Of a stretch of DNA of 64,000 bases, positions 59,761-64,000 are shown piece after piece (positions within the stretch are counted from its first letter, which is position 1; every line of letters begins with the position of its first letter). Both the position numbers and the translations under genes were made by a program. Source of the DNA: the human T2T-CHM13v2.0 reference genome, Homo sapiens; assembly GCF_009914755.1 (NCBI RefSeq), contig NC_060946.1. One strand, written 5' to 3'. The notes below the pieces were generated by a model. That model ran no database searches. It was not told where the DNA came from and saw only the letters and a program-made list of their open reading frames with translations.

Positions 59761-61649
59761 GTTCCTCCTGCCACGGGTGGGGGCTGCTCCTCCCCAGGCC
59801 CATTGCAGTGGTCTCTCGGGGCATCTCAAACTCAAGACACTCCATGCTGCTGAGCCCAAAGCCACATCTGCCCCAAGGTCCCCATCTTGGAAAATCTCCC
59901 AGGCTGCTCAGCCCAGGGGCCCAGACATCCTCCTTGGACCCCCACCTCCTTCTCAGCCCCCACCCCAGGCCCTGGCCAATCCCATGGACTCCACTCCCTG
60001 GTGCCGGCCCCTCCCCACCACCACCCTCGGCCAAGCCGCAGACATGGCTGCAGCTCGTGAGACAGTGGCAGCCTCTCCGGTGGACTCCCAGCTCCCTTCC
60101 CAAAGGCAAGTGCCTCCTGTCACTCTCCTCGAGGGCACCCTTGTCCCTGGACTAAGAAGCCCACATCTCACCATGGCCCTGCACAGTCAGACCTACTTGC
60201 ATCTGCCACCCGTCCCCTCCTGTACTTCCTCCCCCACACTCATGCCACCTGACTGCCCTTCAGATGGATGGATGTGCGGCTGTCTCTGCCTCAGTGCCTC
60301 TGCACATGCTATTTCCAGTGCCTGGACCACTTACTTCCCACTTCCTCCCCTGGTCTCTTCCAACTCCGACAGGCTCATTCCTTTCCATCCTACAGATCCC
60401 AGCTGCCCCGAGAGGCAGGGCCAGGCCATGGAAAGCTGTGGATGCCCAGCTGAGGGCCTGTCCTTATCCTGCAGGCCTTCTGGGAGTCTCTGAGGGGCTG
60501 GGAGCCTCTGCAGAGACAGGGCCGGAGGCTGCCCTGGCGTTGGGAGTGGGGTCAACAGGGAGCTGTGTCAGTTTTAGAGGCTTCCATTATTCACACCTCA
60601 CTTGTAGCCTGCCTTCCTGTCGCTTTACCCTCCTGACGTTCAGACACTTCTCGGGGAACTTAGGGACTTTATACATCCCCATGGTAAAGGTTAATTTTTA
60701 ATACTGCTTTGGTAAATATTTGATGCCACTGCTTTAACGGGAGGATGCATTAGACATTAAATACCACAAAGTGCTCTGAGATGCTGTCCTTTTCATCGGC
60801 AGCCTCTGTCCGTAACTCCTGCCTCCCACTCTGCGAAAATAAAGACTCTTTCTCCTTTGCCTCCTGCTATGAATTTTTCAAAGTGTTTTTCAAATCCATT
60901 CTTGCCCCTGATCAGCATCTCCATTAGCCAGATAGAAAGTCAAAGAGGTTTTAAGCTGAGAGATGGCTTAGAAGCCTCAGTCCCTTCCCTCATCTTACAC
61001 AAGGGGAAAGTGAGGCCGAGGAGGGACGTGGCCTGCCCGAGGTTAAACAGTGAGTCTGTGGGTGTAGGAGTGGAATGAGGTGCCGGGACTCCCAGCCCAG
61101 GACTCTGCTCTAGCACTGGCACCCCCCCCCCCAAGAAGACTCAGACCAGTCCTGCCCTCACCCAGTCCAGTGGAAACAGGCCACGGGGCTCTCTGACTGT
61201 GCTGGAAGTGGGCAGCAGGCAGAGGGGTCTTTTAGAGGATGGGGAGAGGCCTCCGGAAGGAGCATGACCTCAGTGAGGTTTTGAGGAATGAGTAGGAGCT
61301 CGCCAAGGGGCCAGAGTGGGGAAACCTGTGAGGTGAGTAGGTGTAGGTAAGCACCTCAGGGCAGGGATGGGGACTGATCCACTCTGTATCCCCAGTCCTG
61401 GCCTGGGGCCCAGACTTAGCCCATGCTTTTTAATCCTTATGAAATGAATGTGTCCTTTACCTCCAAGGCTGTGTGCACCGTGGCCTTGATCATCGGCTCC
61501 TGGTCCCACAGGCCCTGGTGCCCTTGCATCTCCGTGCTTCCTTCAGCCCGGGCTCTGACCTGACCAGCTTCCATGCATTCTGCATTCCTGGCCCGCCCCT
61601 GATGCTGGGGCTGCTTCCCCAACGTCCTTTCTACTGCCCAGGACAGTAA

Positions 61650-62122
61650 ACATCCACAATACACACACGTACACCATGCCACACAGACACCCACAATACA
61701 CATAAACACACGTACCATGCCACACAGATCCACACAATATCACACACACACACCACATAGACCCTCACAATATACACACACACACCACAGACACCCACAA
61801 TACACATACACACACACCCCATGCCACACACCATGCTGCATACCCACAACATACACAGACACACGTCACACACCATGCTGCAGACCCACAATATACACAC
61901 ACACCATGCAACACACACTACACACACTACACCATGCCAGATACACCATGCACACACACACACCATGCCACAGACTCACACAATATACACACACTATGCC
62001 AGACAACACACACACACACATCACATAGACCCACACAATATACATATACACACCATGCCAGACAACACACACACCCCATGCCACACAGACATCACACAAT
62101 GCACACACCATGCCACACAGAC
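61650..62122 (+). repeat. CA-rich degenerate minisatellite (caccatgccacacagacacccacaatacacaca)n
   Basis: accatgc recurs about 10 times, interleaved with CA runs. Confidence 0.9.
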
Positions 62123-64000
62123 TCCTGCTCACCTGTGACCTGTCCTAGCCCCTCAGGACCCACCTCTGCCCTCTCCACCTCTCCCCTGGTGCTGGCGTCC
62201 CATGGTGGTAACAATGCACGACCCTGTGCCCAGCCCCGCCCCTCCAGCACTGTCCTTCCTGGTCAGCAGCAACACCACGTGTCTCTTGGTTCAGACCCTC
62301 GAGTTGTCCTCGTCCTCAGTGTGCCCCTCCAACATCCAATTCCTCTGTGGCTCCTGCCTGCACTACCTCCAAAATACTGCCTTGTGTCCCCCCACTGCCT
62401 GGGGCACAGTGATGGCCTCCCCCCGGGCCTCCCTGCCTCCATTCCTGCTGGTTGGCTGCTGTGAGCTGTGTGGTAGTGGCCTCTCACCAAAACCCCCACC
62501 TGACCAAGTCCCCGTGCTTCGCTGGCTCCATGTTTCCCTTAAACGAACGGAACCACTCTCCCATCTCGACAACCCTGCAGACTGGAGTCCCGAAGCTCCC
62601 TCCCTCTTGGATGCTGTCAACGGTGAGATGTCCCAGGGATTGAATCATGGCTTTGGGGAGGACGTCAGCGGCACTCCAGTAAGCGTACACACTGATCGGG
62701 GGACACATCTGGGCTTGAGGCCCTGAAGGGTGACAAGGACATGTCCCTTAGAAACAAGTGACAACAGTATTGGTCAGAGTCCAGGCAGGGACACAGCAGC
62801 CATGGCTTCATGGAATAGGGCATTTATGATAAGGACTTGAGTTTCCACACTTGTAGGAGGAGCTGGGCAGTGAAGGTCCAGAAGGGACCGTGGAGGCTCA
62901 GAGAAGGGACGCTCCGCAGTGCTGGGCAGGGAGAGAGCGGGGCCAGCTCGCATGGAGGCTGAAGCCAGGCCCATCCTGCCTCCAAGAGATCACAGGGAGG
63001 GTCACAGGGTCTGCCAGCCTAGGGTAGGTGGTCGGGAAGGAGAGCCAGACACAGATGGAAAACCCAAGGACACTGGGAGCCCTGGGACACCCCTGCAGCT
63101 GTGCTTCTCTGGCTCTGCCCAGTGAGACCACCAGCACCAGTGACAGCCGCTTCCGCCTCCCACGTCTCAGACAGCTCAAGCCAGCTCACCGGGAAGCAGA
63201 TCCTGGGATACAACGAGCCCAGAGCAACCAGGCTGGCAACAGAACCACCTAGCACAGTATCTCCTCCTTCTTGTCTGGCTAGAGAAGCTGTGAGTAAGCC
63301 CTGAGCAACCTCAAATGAGGGGTAAGTGAAGGAGGCACGCTTGGCAGGGACCTCTTTCCACACACAGAGTGGACAGAGACAAGAAAAGAGGATAGACTTT
63401 GGGGGTTCTTCCTAGGAGCGGAGTACGGAGCTAGGCCCTCCCCACATCCCCTCTGATTTCATCCCCTTGCCAGGTGGAGCTCATTTGCTCTCTGTGCCTA
63501 CATCCACATGGCAGCCCAGAGAGGTGATGCAACTTGCCCAAGGACACACAGCTGGGCAGCACGGAGTCCGGTCCAAGCCCAGCCCAGGCGGCCCCAGAGC
63601 CCATTGTTCCTGCCTGCCCCCAGCTGCAGCACCCAGCGATTCCTGAAGCCGTAGGTCCCAGCACACAGGGTGTGACAGACTCAATCCCAGAGCTCACGGC
63701 TGAAGGGGTCAGGTGACAAGTCCCCCTCTCCCCCAGCACCCTCTGGGACCCCTTAGAAGCTACAGGAAGTCCGAGCTGGACGGTGCTTAGGAGGAGCAGG
63801 GAGCGAGCATCCTCCAGCCCACGGGCAAGCCTCGGTTTCCATCATTGTCACGGGAGCCGAAATGCCCGTGTTGGGAGACGTCTGCAGTTCCAACAAGCAT
63901 CTATTCTTGGAAGCAGGTATTTTAGCAGTTAAGACCAGGGGTGAAATACTGGGTGAAATAAAGTAGAATCCATAGTCCTCCCTGACCCAGGACAAAGGAA

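Noticed and set aside
59435-60701. Overlapping 145-240 aa ORFs in GC-rich DNA
   Set aside because: They occur on both strands, are low-complexity and Pro/Ser/Gly-rich, and show no recognisable homology.

Overview
Primate, almost certainly human, euchromatic DNA. It is probably the chr22q12.3 interval just distal to the CPSF1 processed pseudogene; that placement is recalled, not verified. No intact protein-coding gene, tRNA/rRNA or CRISPR array is visible. The window opens with the 3' third of a processed CPSF1 pseudogene (1-1270). A large part of the rest is transposon-derived: about 25 Alus, one full-length but dead L1PA2-type LINE-1 (22689-28704, minus strand, carrying ORF0), older L1/L2/MIR, MaLR/ERV LTRs and hAT MITEs. 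There is also a 2-kb G/T-skewed VNTR at 57.1-59.2 kb. The most interesting signal lies in the AT-rich block at about 1.8-7.6 kb. Reading the minus strand by hand gives a chain of about 10-13 GT-AG-bounded exons separated mostly by 50-135 bp introns. Most exon lengths are multiples of 3 with phase-1 junctions, and two exons become continuous only after an L1 or an AluY plus one target-site duplication (TSD) is removed. This looks like a decayed multi-exon gene that I cannot name, cut off at its 5' end by an Alu/LTR deletion junction where base composition switches abruptly. Several local templated or inverted duplications are also present. Repeat subfamily calls are from remembered consensus sequences and their boundaries are approximate.
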